64,000 nt of DNA from an uncultured bacterium (GTDB lineage Bacteria > Auribacterota > Erginobacteria > Erginobacterales > Erginobacteraceae): NCBI GenBank assembly GCA_963822585.1, contig CAWGIE010000010.1, positions 128,001 to 192,000 of the forward strand, read 5' to 3'. The notes beneath the pieces were generated by a model. The model was given only the letters and a program-made list of their open reading frames with translations. It did not search any database and had not been told where the DNA came from. The position numbers and the translations under genes are program-made. The first letter of the stretch is position 1, and every line of letters begins with the position of its first letter. This document shows positions 29,336 through 38,524 of the stretch, one piece after another.

Positions 29336-29425
29336 GCCCAACCACACACTGGAGCTTACGCCGGTCACTGGCCCGCTTCCTCTGGGGTTGGTTCACTCCT
29401 GTCGAGGTTTAGCGTTACGTTATAG
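29336..29425 (+). other. attC-like site (a truncated attC starts at 29247)
   Basis: GCCCAAC CACAC ACTGGAGCTT...GAGGTTTAGC GTTAC GTTATAG. Confidence 0.65.
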
Positions 29426-29507
29426 TTACTTCTATGCTTTTAAATACGGTAACACCGCACCGAGTTTCATTTCGTCGACTGGGGTGGAATCGAAGGAGGT
29501 ACTGACG

Positions 29508-30257
29508 ATGAGTCAGGTGAACAGCAATGCAAAGAACCATAGAATCTCAATTCGCTGGTCCCGCGTGGATGCCCTCCTGCGAATAGGCCTGGCATTTCTC
29601 GTAATTTCAGGTCTTTTGGTCACTTTTCGCGAACGGATCGTCCTCGTCTGCAGCCACAGTGGCTTGATTGACTTCCCGATTCTCCACCTGTCGGTTCTGC
29701 TTCTCGTCTGCGTTTTATTCTTGATTGTTCAATGGTTCCGTGCCTGCTACGGCGAGATCGTGATGCTTCGCTCATACCTAGAGGACTATGTACCTCAAAT
29801 CCCCAGCGGTGGTTACTACACAGTCGTTCTCACTGCTCTCTTTCTTGGAACCATGGGTTATTTCTCGCCGCGGATCCTGATATTCTCCGCCATCTTCGTC
29901 TGTTATAACCTGTCCGACATTTGGGGCCAGTGGTATATGATAACGCGATTCCGGATCATGATCAAAAGCATGAAAACGTCCATTCCCTCCGATGATACCC
30001 GTTGGCGTGACTGGCGGATTATTGAGACCTATTATCTTGGAAGGCCTCACATCCGGCGTTGCATCATCATTCTCGTTTGTTCTATCATCTGCGTAGTGCT
30101 CTCGACCCTTGCACTATTTCCAGATTTCGCTGGATCCTCCCGTATGCTTACCATCATCGCCTATGTTATCATGATACTCAACATCGCGGTATCAGAGGCG
30201 ATCATCATGAATTGGAGACGAATTCGCGACCGGGACCTAGAAGAGACCTACGCATGA
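29508..30257 (+). CDS. Multi-pass membrane protein of unknown function (start revised to ATG 29508)
   Basis: About 6 hydrophobic segments; AAGGAGG upstream of 29508. Confidence 0.75.
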   Translation: MSQVNSNAKNHRISIRWSRVDALLRIGLAFLVISGLLVTFRERIVLVCSHSGLIDFPILHLSVLLLVCVLFLIVQWFRACYGEIVMLRSYLEDYVPQIPSGGYYTVVLTALFLGTMGYFSPRILIFSAIFVCYNLSDIWGQWYMITRFRIMIKSMKTSIPSDDTRWRDWRIIETYYLGRPHIRRCIIILVCSIICVVLSTLALFPDFAGSSRMLTIIAYVIMILNIAVSEAIIMNWRRIRDRDLEETYA

Positions 30258-30456
30258 TGCATGTGTGTCAAAGAACTCCAATAGGCCGTTGAACCAACTC
30301 AGTTCCGCTACGTGGTCCCAACTGATTAACGTAGTGCTGCTTCGCCAGCGTGCGGCTAATCCGAGCTTCGCGTGGCCCAACCACGTGTTGAATCCTTCGC
30401 CGCTCACGCCTGCGCCCCCTGCGGGGTCGCTCCGTGCGCGTCGAGGCTCAGCGCCA

Positions 30457-30771
30457 TCCCCCCAGACCCCCGCGGCTCTTGCCCCGAGATAGCCAAGCTA
30501 TTTTTTGGGGTTACATCACGGGTGAATCAGTCCAGCAGCCACCCATTCCGGAATATAGTAGTCGGCATGACCGCCGGCATGAAAGTACCTGAGCCCGGAG
30601 TTCTTCTTTTCAATCCACCCGGAATTGGTTGCGTGAATTGAGCCATAATGAAATTCACCACGGTCATTTTGCTCAAAACCAGGGTCATCACGCGCCCGGG
30701 TTTGTCTTGACATGCCGGGATCTTTTTGCTGAAATGTAAGAAAAGAACTTCGGTATAACTTATCGTTAGTC
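30457..30771 (+). promoter_or_regulatory. Promoter + attI-like module, copy D (best conserved)
   Basis: TTGACA(30707)-17bp-TGAAAT; AAGAACTTCGGTATAACTTATC/GTTAGTC, 14 nt before the kinase ATG. Confidence 0.75.
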
Positions 30772-30785
30772 TTAAAGATATTGAT

Positions 30786-31613
30786 ATGGCAGTTCCTATC
30801 ATAGAAGTGGACGACATCCTGGCGCACTATTTGTCACCGCGCCACATCGGCGGGGGCGGACAGAAACTCGTCTTCGTGGTCAATGATGCGCACCGAGGAG
30901 AACTCGTTCTGAAGATTGGCGGCTATCGCTCGCAGCAGGCCTTACAAAGAGCCCAAAGAGAAGTCTCCACTTTGTCGGGCATAAGTTCACAGTACTTCCC
31001 GGAACAATATGGCTTCGAGATCATTGATGACCACAGGTATGCGATCACGGAGGAATACCTACCAGGCGTGTCACTCGCCGCCGTCGTTGCGGATTTTGCC
31101 GCCGAGCCCAAGCTCATCAACCTCCTGCTTCATCTCACTCGCGGCCTCTCCGAGTTGTGGCGCAGACGAGTGGTACACCGCGACGTAAAACCGGCAAATA
31201 TCCTAATCACACCAACCGGACCAAAGATAATCGATCTCGGCATAGCGCGTCTCTTAGACTGTACATCCCTTACGCACTCCTTCGCTCCCATCGGGCCATG
31301 CACTCCGGCATACGCCTCACCGGAGCAATTGCGCAATCGCAAACGAGACATAGACCACAGAAGTGATCAATTCAGTTTGGGTATCGTGAGCGCTCAACTT
31401 GCTATGAGTGGAACTCACCCCTTTGACACGCATCTAATCGGCGGTGACAGTGTGCCCGAGAACATTCTGGGGGGACGCTGGGCGCGGGATAACATAGCCG
31501 CTCGCGTTTCTGATCCGTTGCTCGCAGTCGTTACTCGACTTCTGGCGCCAGAACCATACATGCGATATAGAAGAGGTAAGGACATTCTGGATTCCTTGGA
31601 GAAGGCACTATAG
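30786..31613 (+). CDS. Hanks-type Ser/Thr protein kinase (kinase domain only)
   Basis: GGGGQK.V, VLK, HRDVKPANIL, DLG, YASPE, SDQFSLG. Confidence 0.93.
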   Translation: MAVPIIEVDDILAHYLSPRHIGGGGQKLVFVVNDAHRGELVLKIGGYRSQQALQRAQREVSTLSGISSQYFPEQYGFEIIDDHRYAITEEYLPGVSLAAVVADFAAEPKLINLLLHLTRGLSELWRRRVVHRDVKPANILITPTGPKIIDLGIARLLDCTSLTHSFAPIGPCTPAYASPEQLRNRKRDIDHRSDQFSLGIVSAQLAMSGTHPFDTHLIGGDSVPENILGGRWARDNIAARVSDPLLAVVTRLLAPEPYMRYRRGKDILDSLEKAL

Positions 31614-31623
31614 GGGATCGCTA

Positions 31624-32799
31624 ATGACCGCACTATTTCATCAATTGGGACATAGATTTCAGTGGAGTCTTGACAGCCTCACAGACGAAGGAACTGGTGA
31701 CGGTGCTATTATCGGACCGCGATATATGGACCGTTCCTGTGTTACGAGACTGCCAGATGCAATCAGGACCGTATCTTTATTCGACCCTCAGTTCTTCCTG
31801 CCCCAATCTGCGCAGGGTAAGCTCTCAACATATCCTTTCTTCCCTCAAGTGATTGCCGGGGGATTTGCGACTACCGAATGGGACGAAACGCTCGGAGATC
31901 GATGTGCGCAGGAGTGCTTGCGATTCCAGGACGAATGTGCATTTGGTAGTCTTGTCATTCCCGGCCGGTTCTATGATGGCATGCCATCCGATTTTGTCGA
32001 GCGACAGGAAACCCAATTTGTCCGACCATTCATGGAGGCAGCCGAAAGGCTCGGACTGCGTCGGCCAATTCTTCTGCAGTTGATCGTTACAGACCAGATG
32101 CTCCGCGATGAAAGATATCAGGCTGACTTGCTTAACTGGGTCACATCATTCCCCGAACTTGCAGGGGTTTATCTCATCTACCACGTGCATAACCGCAGAA
32201 AACAGATCGATGATATTGACTTCCTGATAGGTGTTTTACAGTTCTGCCGGTCGCTTAAGCAAGCCGATCTGCGCGTGGTTGTCGGGTATACCAACACAGA
32301 AGCGATCCTCCTCTCATGTGTCGAAGTCGACGTCGTATCAATGGGGGCTTACGAGAACTTGAGGATGTTCAGCACAACAGCCTTTGAGGAAAGGGATGAG
32401 AGCCCACGCCGCGGGCCGAATGCCCGAGTATACATACCGCGGCTTCTTCAATGGGTTGAGTATCCATACCTTGGTGCTATTCGGCGCGTGGTTCCAGACA
32501 TCGATGCCTACATCCACGATAACGAACATCGGGTTGAGATGTTTTCCCCTATCTACAACTGGCATTTTACAAAGCCGCATCCGTATAAGCACTTCTTTGG
32601 TGCCTTTGCCGATCAATTTCGGCGAATATGCTCTACAACGGGAGCCCTTCGGATTGACGCGGTGGTCCAGGAGTGTGAGCGGGCAATACAAGAGTATGAC
32701 CAATTGTCCAGATCGGGCTTGGTTTTTGATCCCGAAAGCGCTGGCACGCACATCCCGAGATGGCTTACCGCACTGAATCTGTGGCGGCGCACACTATGA
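31624..32799 (+). CDS. Uncharacterised 391 aa protein, possibly TIM-barrel-like
   Basis: Long ORF tightly packed between the kinase and nuclease-like genes; alternating beta/alpha pattern; family not securely recognised. Confidence 0.75.
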   Translation: MTALFHQLGHRFQWSLDSLTDEGTGDGAIIGPRYMDRSCVTRLPDAIRTVSLFDPQFFLPQSAQGKLSTYPFFPQVIAGGFATTEWDETLGDRCAQECLRFQDECAFGSLVIPGRFYDGMPSDFVERQETQFVRPFMEAAERLGLRRPILLQLIVTDQMLRDERYQADLLNWVTSFPELAGVYLIYHVHNRRKQIDDIDFLIGVLQFCRSLKQADLRVVVGYTNTEAILLSCVEVDVVSMGAYENLRMFSTTAFEERDESPRRGPNARVYIPRLLQWVEYPYLGAIRRVVPDIDAYIHDNEHRVEMFSPIYNWHFTKPHPYKHFFGAFADQFRRICSTTGALRIDAVVQECERAIQEYDQLSRSGLVFDPESAGTHIPRWLTALNLWRRTL

Positions 32800-33317
32800 A
32801 GAGAAACAAGTCAGAGTTTCATTCAGAGAAGAAGCTTTCTCGCATGTTCCAAGCTGCACGGGTGATCAAGAGCAAAATGCGTTACCACAATTGGGAGTCG
32901 TGGGAGGCGCATGAGCTTCAAGGTCTATTTGGCGTCCCCGACAACCTTCTGGTCTTGTGGAAGTCAAAACGCTCCGGCAATCGCGTAGTTCGCACCGTCG
33001 CATTCGAAATCAAACGCGAGAAGTGGCCCAGAGCACTTATTCAAGCCTACAAGTATCGCGCCTTTGCCGACTACTCTTTCGTTGTAATGGACGCGGCTTT
33101 CGTGCACAGAGCGGTAGCTGCAATCGATAAGTTCAAATGCGCGAACATTGGTCTGCTTTCTGTTTTCAAGACAGGAGAAGTTGAATGGCATCATACTCCC
33201 CGTCTCTGTCGCCCATATTCCGACAGCGCGAGGACTTTCTTGCGAGAGACAATCCACGCTCACCTGTTTAATGTCCCTAGACGCAACGGAGGCCCAACAA
33301 TCAAATGGACCGTATAG
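32796..33317 (+). CDS. PD-(D/E)XK nuclease-like protein (start revised to ATG 32796)
   Basis: GVPD...AFEIK..W.RALIQA..Y..FADYS.VVMD; ATGA overlap with the upstream gene. Confidence 0.7.
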   Translation: MKRNKSEFHSEKKLSRMFQAARVIKSKMRYHNWESWEAHELQGLFGVPDNLLVLWKSKRSGNRVVRTVAFEIKREKWPRALIQAYKYRAFADYSFVVMDAAFVHRAVAAIDKFKCANIGLLSVFKTGEVEWHHTPRLCRPYSDSARTFLRETIHAHLFNVPRRNGGPTIKWTV

Positions 33318-33361
33318 TGAACACGCTGTGTGTTTACTGAAGGTCATTTGCGTCATTGGCG
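33292..33361 (+). other. attC-like site
   Basis: GCCCAAC AAT CAAATG(G)ACC...GGTCATTTG CGTC ATTGGCG, with an unpaired G in the L box. Confidence 0.7.
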
Positions 33362-33374
33362 CAGAAGAAAGAGA

Positions 33375-34301
33375 ATGAACACCAAAGCACTCACACGACT
33401 CACGGCTCGCCAGTTTGAAAATCTCGTTTACGATCTTCTCGTGGCACTGGGACTACGCAATGCTGCATGGCGCACACCAGGACGAGACGCCGGTCGCGAT
33501 ATAGAGGGCGAGTACTTTACTGCTGACATATCGGGAAGTTATGTGAAGCAAAAATGGTATATTGAATGCAAGAAGTACAAGTCCTCGGTATCGTGGCCAA
33601 CCGTACGTGAGAAGTTGAGCTATGCCGAGGCTCAAGCGGCCGATTGCCTTTTTGTCGTGACGACTAGCACCATATCCCCTCAGTGTCTGGATCAGATCGA
33701 GCAATGGAATCATGCTCATTCTAGACCGCAAATCCGGCACTGGGGGAGACACGAGTTATCAAATGCCCTTTTTCGCTTCCCTCACTTGCTCATCAAGTAC
33801 CGCCTTCGTGCGCCTCTTCCCGAGATCCGCGCGCGTGCATTTCTAGACTTATCCAAAATCGCACTCAAATATATCTACTCTGCCCACTCCGCCAGCGTGT
33901 TTGATCGAAGCCCGATGGACTATCTTGAAACCGCATCGATACTCTCCGACTTGATAACGCAGAAACTCAGTCAACTCGAGAGTACTGGCGTCCTATCAAA
34001 CGAGCATTTTCATGTCGATCAAGACTCTTTTGAATGGATAAAAGTCATAGGGCAAGTGCCACTCTATTTTGACACGTACACTATTCGCGCAATCATCGCT
34101 GTCGCTCGACAGATTGCGATGGCGAGACTTGTCACGCTCTGCGTCGTTGGCGATCATAGGCTTGAATTGTCGGGTGATCCCTCTTTCCGCACACCTACGG
34201 AATCCCAAGAGGCTGATCTCCGCGCGATTGCCTCATGGGGAGACCTTGAATTGGAGTTCGATAACGCCACAATCGCAATTGTCGGAAGGAACCACATATG
34301 A
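33375..34301 (+). CDS. Mrr-type restriction endonuclease domain protein (start revised to ATG 33375)
   Basis: LT.RQFENLVYDLL...G, DAGRDI, IECKKY, VVTTS. Confidence 0.85.
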   Translation: MNTKALTRLTARQFENLVYDLLVALGLRNAAWRTPGRDAGRDIEGEYFTADISGSYVKQKWYIECKKYKSSVSWPTVREKLSYAEAQAADCLFVVTTSTISPQCLDQIEQWNHAHSRPQIRHWGRHELSNALFRFPHLLIKYRLRAPLPEIRARAFLDLSKIALKYIYSAHSASVFDRSPMDYLETASILSDLITQKLSQLESTGVLSNEHFHVDQDSFEWIKVIGQVPLYFDTYTIRAIIAVARQIAMARLVTLCVVGDHRLELSGDPSFRTPTESQEADLRAIASWGDLELEFDNATIAIVGRNHI

Positions 34302-35038
34302 ATGACAGTGTCGCATCAGGCGCACTCCATTTGCTGTCTAACTTCACGCATCAAGTCATAAATCCATTAAATGGGGTGATCGGCACACTTGATAATATCA
34401 TTGACGGCACTATCAGTGGCGAAAGGGTCGATCAGAGGCTTCGAAGCTCTCGTGGGCAGTTGGAGTGTGCCGTGTCGTTGGTTCGAAACCTTGTCTTTTT
34501 CGCAGAGTATTCGGCAGACTACTCGTACGCGAAGCAGGCAAAGACAGACAAGATTTGCATCATCCCGCAATTAGTAATTGAATCGGCGATGTTCTTCCAG
34601 GAATCTGGTGTCGCTCTCGGAGTTAAGATTGAATTACAGAATCGCCAAATCCAGAATGCTGTTCATGGGAATCCGGATCTTCTTCGTCAAGTGTTCATGA
34701 ATATCTTCGATAATGGAATCAAGTATGGAATTAATCCCTCAGTGATTGAGGTGAAGAATTGGATTCAAAAGGAGTCGCGCTCACTGATTATTACTGTCGC
34801 TGGCAGGAGTGTAGGTTTCGAGAAGACAGAAGATATTTTTGCCCTTGGCATTAGAGGGAGAGCGGCGCAAGAGAGGACATCATCAGGCAGCGGTCTTGGC
34901 CTTAGTATTTGTCGACTCATAATCGAAAAAGTGTTCAATGGGAGGATTGCTGCCCAGCACAGTCCCAAGACAAAGATGACAACATTCGAGATCCGAATAC
35001 CAAATGCATTCGAACATAGGAGTGATCGCCTTGAATAA
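34298..35038 (+). CDS. Sensor-less histidine kinase-like protein (HisKA + HATPase)
   Basis: FTHQVINPL, VFMNIFDNGIKY, GSGLGLSI; degenerate G1 box. Confidence 0.88.
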   Translation: MNDSVASGALHLLSNFTHQVINPLNGVIGTLDNIIDGTISGERVDQRLRSSRGQLECAVSLVRNLVFFAEYSADYSYAKQAKTDKICIIPQLVIESAMFFQESGVALGVKIELQNRQIQNAVHGNPDLLRQVFMNIFDNGIKYGINPSVIEVKNWIQKESRSLIITVAGRSVGFEKTEDIFALGIRGRAAQERTSSGSGLGLSICRLIIEKVFNGRIAAQHSPKTKMTTFEIRIPNAFEHRSDRLE

Positions 35039-35495
35039 CAAGAACGACACTGTGATGATTTTGGACGACGAACCTCAGCATCAACAATGGCTTGTGGAGT
35101 TTATCGAGAGCAAGAATTATCGCGTCGAATCGGCCATGAACCTTGAGCAGGCTGAGGCATTGCTGCGACAGAATAAATATCGGTTTGTTGTCATCGATTT
35201 GAATGTTCCGGCCCAAGGCTCATCTGCACGGGTTCTGATGAATGAGGGGGCTCTTGCACGTAGATATCCAGGTATAGTGGCGGCCCAACTGGCGCGAAAC
35301 CTAGGATATAGAAATCGCCAGGTGGTTCTGTACTCAGTGCATAACTCTGATGAAGTGCGAAAGGAAGCCGCGAGGATCGGCGTGCGTTATATCCTAAAGG
35401 GGCGCCCGAAGGAGTTTAAGGAAGAAGTTGAGTCAATCCTTCAACGTGATCCAAGTTCTTCAAGAGTGCCAACAAGCTCTTCCACTCGTATATGA
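35031..35495 (+). CDS. Single-domain response regulator (likely TTG start at 35031)
   Basis: ILDDE, VIDL, YS, LKG; AGGAG upstream of the TTG. Confidence 0.85.
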   Translation: MNNKNDTVMILDDEPQHQQWLVEFIESKNYRVESAMNLEQAEALLRQNKYRFVVIDLNVPAQGSSARVLMNEGALARRYPGIVAAQLARNLGYRNRQVVLYSVHNSDEVRKEAARIGVRYILKGRPKEFKEEVESILQRDPSSSRVPTSSSTRI

Positions 35496-35537
35496 ACCCC
35501 GCCACGGGGTTCGCGCCAATGAAGCGCAACGTTGAAC
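35467..35537 (+). other. attC-like site
   Basis: TGCCAAC AAGCT CTTC...GAACCCCG cca CGGGGTTC...GAAG CGCAAC GTTGAAC. Confidence 0.7.
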
Positions 35538-35579
35538 GTCTGAATGTTGCCGGGAACCGGGGATAAAGGTTGAGCACTT

Positions 35580-38447
35580 ATGAGTAGGACATTCGACCAA
35601 GGCAAAGATGAAGTTGCAAAGCTGTGCCAATTCTTCGCCACTAACCAGCATTCCTTTCGCGCCCCGAATGTCAAGGAAGCCCATGTTCGCCAATCGCTCA
35701 TCAACCCTTTTTTCGAAGCGCTTGGTTGGGACGTGCGCAATAACTCCATGGCCGCACCCCAATATCGCGAAGTCATTCCCGAAGACAGTCTGGATGTGGA
35801 AGGTCACCAGAAGGCGCCCGACTACACCTTCCGCGTCGGCACCTTGCCGAAGTTCTACGTCGAAGCCAAGAAGTGCGGCGTCAATATCAGCACCGATCCT
35901 GGCTCGGCCTATCAACTTCGCCGCTACGGTTTCAGCGCCAAACTTCCTCTATCCATCCTGACCGACTTCGAGGAATTCAGCGTGTACGATTGTTCCTCTC
36001 GCCCTCGCCCCGGCGATAAGGCCAGCCATGCCCGTATCCAGTATTTAGACTTCACCGAGTATCCTGACCGTTGGCGGGAGATTTGGGACGTGTTCTCACG
36101 CGAGGCGGTCTGGTCTGGGGCATTCGACAAGTATGCTGCCTCCAAGCGCAAGCGCGGCACCTCCGAGGTTGACAGCGAGTTTCTGAAGGATATCGAAGGC
36201 TGGCGCGATGTATTGGCACGAAACCTCGCTCTCCGCAACAGCGATTTGTCGGTAGACGATCTCAACGCTGCCGTTCAACGGATCATTGACCGGATCGTCT
36301 TCCTGCGGATGGCCGAAGACCGCAGATTGGAATCTTATGGGCGACTACTTAGGCTCTGTGAGCGACCACATATCTACGACCGTTTTATGAGCGAATTGTG
36401 TCGTAAGGCTGACGAAAAATATAACTCCGGCCTGTTCCACTTCCAGAAAGAACCCGGCATTTCTGATGCGCCTGACACACTCACACCTCGTCTGACTGTA
36501 GACGACAAGGTTCTCAAACTCATTCTTCAAAGCCTTTACTTCGAATACGGTTGCCCATACCACTTTGGTGTCCTACCCGTAGAAATCCTCGGTACAGTGT
36601 ACGAACGTTTCCTCGGCAAAGTCATCCGCCTGACCGCCGGGCATAAAGCCAAAGTCGAGGAAAAACCCGAAGTGCGCAAGGCCGGCGGCGTGTACTATAC
36701 CCCTGCCTATATAGTGAATTATATTGTCCAGAATACCGTCGGAAAACAGATTGAAGGCAAAAGCCCGGCCAAGCTCTCCGGCGGCAAAACCAAGCCCCCC
36801 TTCCGCGTGCTCGATATGGCCTGTGGAAGTGGCTCCTTTCTCATCGGAGCTTATCAATTCCTGCTGGAACATTGCCTGAAGTGGTATCTGCACAACCCCA
36901 CTAAAAAATACGCCAAGGCCACCTATAGGGACGCTAAAGGTGAGCTTCATCTTACTATCGAGGAACGCAAGCGAATTCTCATCACCCACATCTACGGCGT
37001 TGATATTGACCGGCAGGCCGTTGAAACCACCAAGCTCTCGCTACTGTTGAAGGCTCTCGAAGGTGAAAACGACGCCACGCTTTCTCAACAGATGTTACTA
37101 TTCCACGAACGCGCATTACCAAATCTATCCCACAATATCAAATGCGGAAACTCCCTTATCGCCTCTGACTTCTCAATGGATCCCGAAGACTTAGTGCGTG
37201 TCCATGCCTTCGATTGGCCTGCACAATTCCCCGATGCCATAAAAGCTGGTGGATTCGATACCGTTATCGGTAATCCACCGTATTTATATTCCGCGGGACA
37301 AGACAACATTGGTTATTTTCAATCAAACTTTCAATTCAGCGAATATCAAACCGACTTTTACGTATATTTCATCGAGAAGGCGATTAAACTCACTAAGCCC
37401 CAAGGACTGTTGTCTTTTATTGTTTCAGATTCCTGGCTCAAGGCAGAGAACTTTTCAAAACTCAGAAAACATCTCTTGACGGAACACAGGCTTAATCGAC
37501 TTGCCATTTTTCAATTCCCGCCATTTGCGGGGGCAACTATCGAGAATTCGATTCTTGTGGTCTCCAAAAACGGGAAGCCTATGGATATTCCCATTGACTC
37601 TTTTTCAGAACCAGAAGTGTTTCGGCAAATCAATATTGTCTCCCCTTCTGTCGCGGCTAACCGTGGATTAGTTGATCCACGATTCTCAAACAAAGCCGAG
37701 AAACTCATTCAAAAACTTGAGCTACACAGCTCGCACCTCGAATCTATTACAGAGATTAACCGTGGAATTCACGCATATCGCACAGATGGCTACGGCAAAT
37801 CTAAGTTTGGCCCGGGACCTCAAACTAAACGCGACAAGGAAGAACAGTCCTACCACGCAAAAAGCCCGCTGAATAAAACCTATTTGCCGGAATTAAAAGG
37901 TAAAAATGTTTTCCGATTTGAGAGTGTTCCGAGTGGTGACTTTGTTTCCTACGGAAATTGGCTGGCTGAATCCCGCCAGCCAAAATATTTTCTAAATCCA
38001 AAGATTGCCCTCCGCAAAGTTCTTGGGAAAAAACTTCATGGAACCTTCCTGCCGAACCCCGTCATATTAGACCAATCACTTTATGTAATGATTTCAACCA
38101 GCAATGACGAAGATCATTTAAAGTTTCTTCTTGGCATCCTGCTTTCGAGTGTCGGAGCTTGGTATTTAAGAACCAAGTTTGCCATCTATGACACATTATA
38201 CCCTTGGTATACTCGCAAACAGCTGGCCTCGTTCCCGATTAAAGGCGAAAACCCTTGCTTAGTGGAGTTGGTGGAGAAGATGTTGGTGCTGATGCCGAAG
38301 CTGCGCGAGGCTACATCGGAATCCGAAAAGGCCGCATTGCAGAATGCCATAACGACGACTGATGCGGAGATCGACCGTCTGGTGTATGAACTGTACGGCC
38401 TGACGGAGGAGGAAATCAAAATTGTTGAAGGGGAATGCTGCCGATGA
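35580..38447 (+). CDS. Type IIG (Eco57I-like) fused restriction endonuclease / N6-adenine methyltransferase
   Basis: PDY...VEAKK nuclease, GVYYTP, DMACGSGSFL, IGNPPY, EIDRLVYELYGLT tail. Confidence 0.93.
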   Translation: MSRTFDQGKDEVAKLCQFFATNQHSFRAPNVKEAHVRQSLINPFFEALGWDVRNNSMAAPQYREVIPEDSLDVEGHQKAPDYTFRVGTLPKFYVEAKKCGVNISTDPGSAYQLRRYGFSAKLPLSILTDFEEFSVYDCSSRPRPGDKASHARIQYLDFTEYPDRWREIWDVFSREAVWSGAFDKYAASKRKRGTSEVDSEFLKDIEGWRDVLARNLALRNSDLSVDDLNAAVQRIIDRIVFLRMAEDRRLESYGRLLRLCERPHIYDRFMSELCRKADEKYNSGLFHFQKEPGISDAPDTLTPRLTVDDKVLKLILQSLYFEYGCPYHFGVLPVEILGTVYERFLGKVIRLTAGHKAKVEEKPEVRKAGGVYYTPAYIVNYIVQNTVGKQIEGKSPAKLSGGKTKPPFRVLDMACGSGSFLIGAYQFLLEHCLKWYLHNPTKKYAKATYRDAKGELHLTIEERKRILITHIYGVDIDRQAVETTKLSLLLKALEGENDATLSQQMLLFHERALPNLSHNIKCGNSLIASDFSMDPEDLVRVHAFDWPAQFPDAIKAGGFDTVIGNPPYLYSAGQDNIGYFQSNFQFSEYQTDFYVYFIEKAIKLTKPQGLLSFIVSDSWLKAENFSKLRKHLLTEHRLNRLAIFQFPPFAGATIENSILVVSKNGKPMDIPIDSFSEPEVFRQINIVSPSVAANRGLVDPRFSNKAEKLIQKLELHSSHLESITEINRGIHAYRTDGYGKSKFGPGPQTKRDKEEQSYHAKSPLNKTYLPELKGKNVFRFESVPSGDFVSYGNWLAESRQPKYFLNPKIALRKVLGKKLHGTFLPNPVILDQSLYVMISTSNDEDHLKFLLGILLSSVGAWYLRTKFAIYDTLYPWYTRKQLASFPIKGENPCLVELVEKMLVLMPKLREATSESEKAALQNAITTTDAEIDRLVYELYGLTEEEIKIVEGECCR

Positions 38448-38451
38448 CGAC

Positions 38452-38510
38452 GCCCAACAATCAGGTGAAGGCAACGCGGACGACCACGCGCCTCATCCAT
38501 CACGTTAGCC
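38452..38510 (+). other. attC-like site (59 bp)
   Basis: GCCCAAC AATCA GGTGA(A)GGC...GCCTCATC CATCAC GTTAGCC. Confidence 0.8.
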
Positions 38511-38524
38511 AAGAGGATTGAAAT

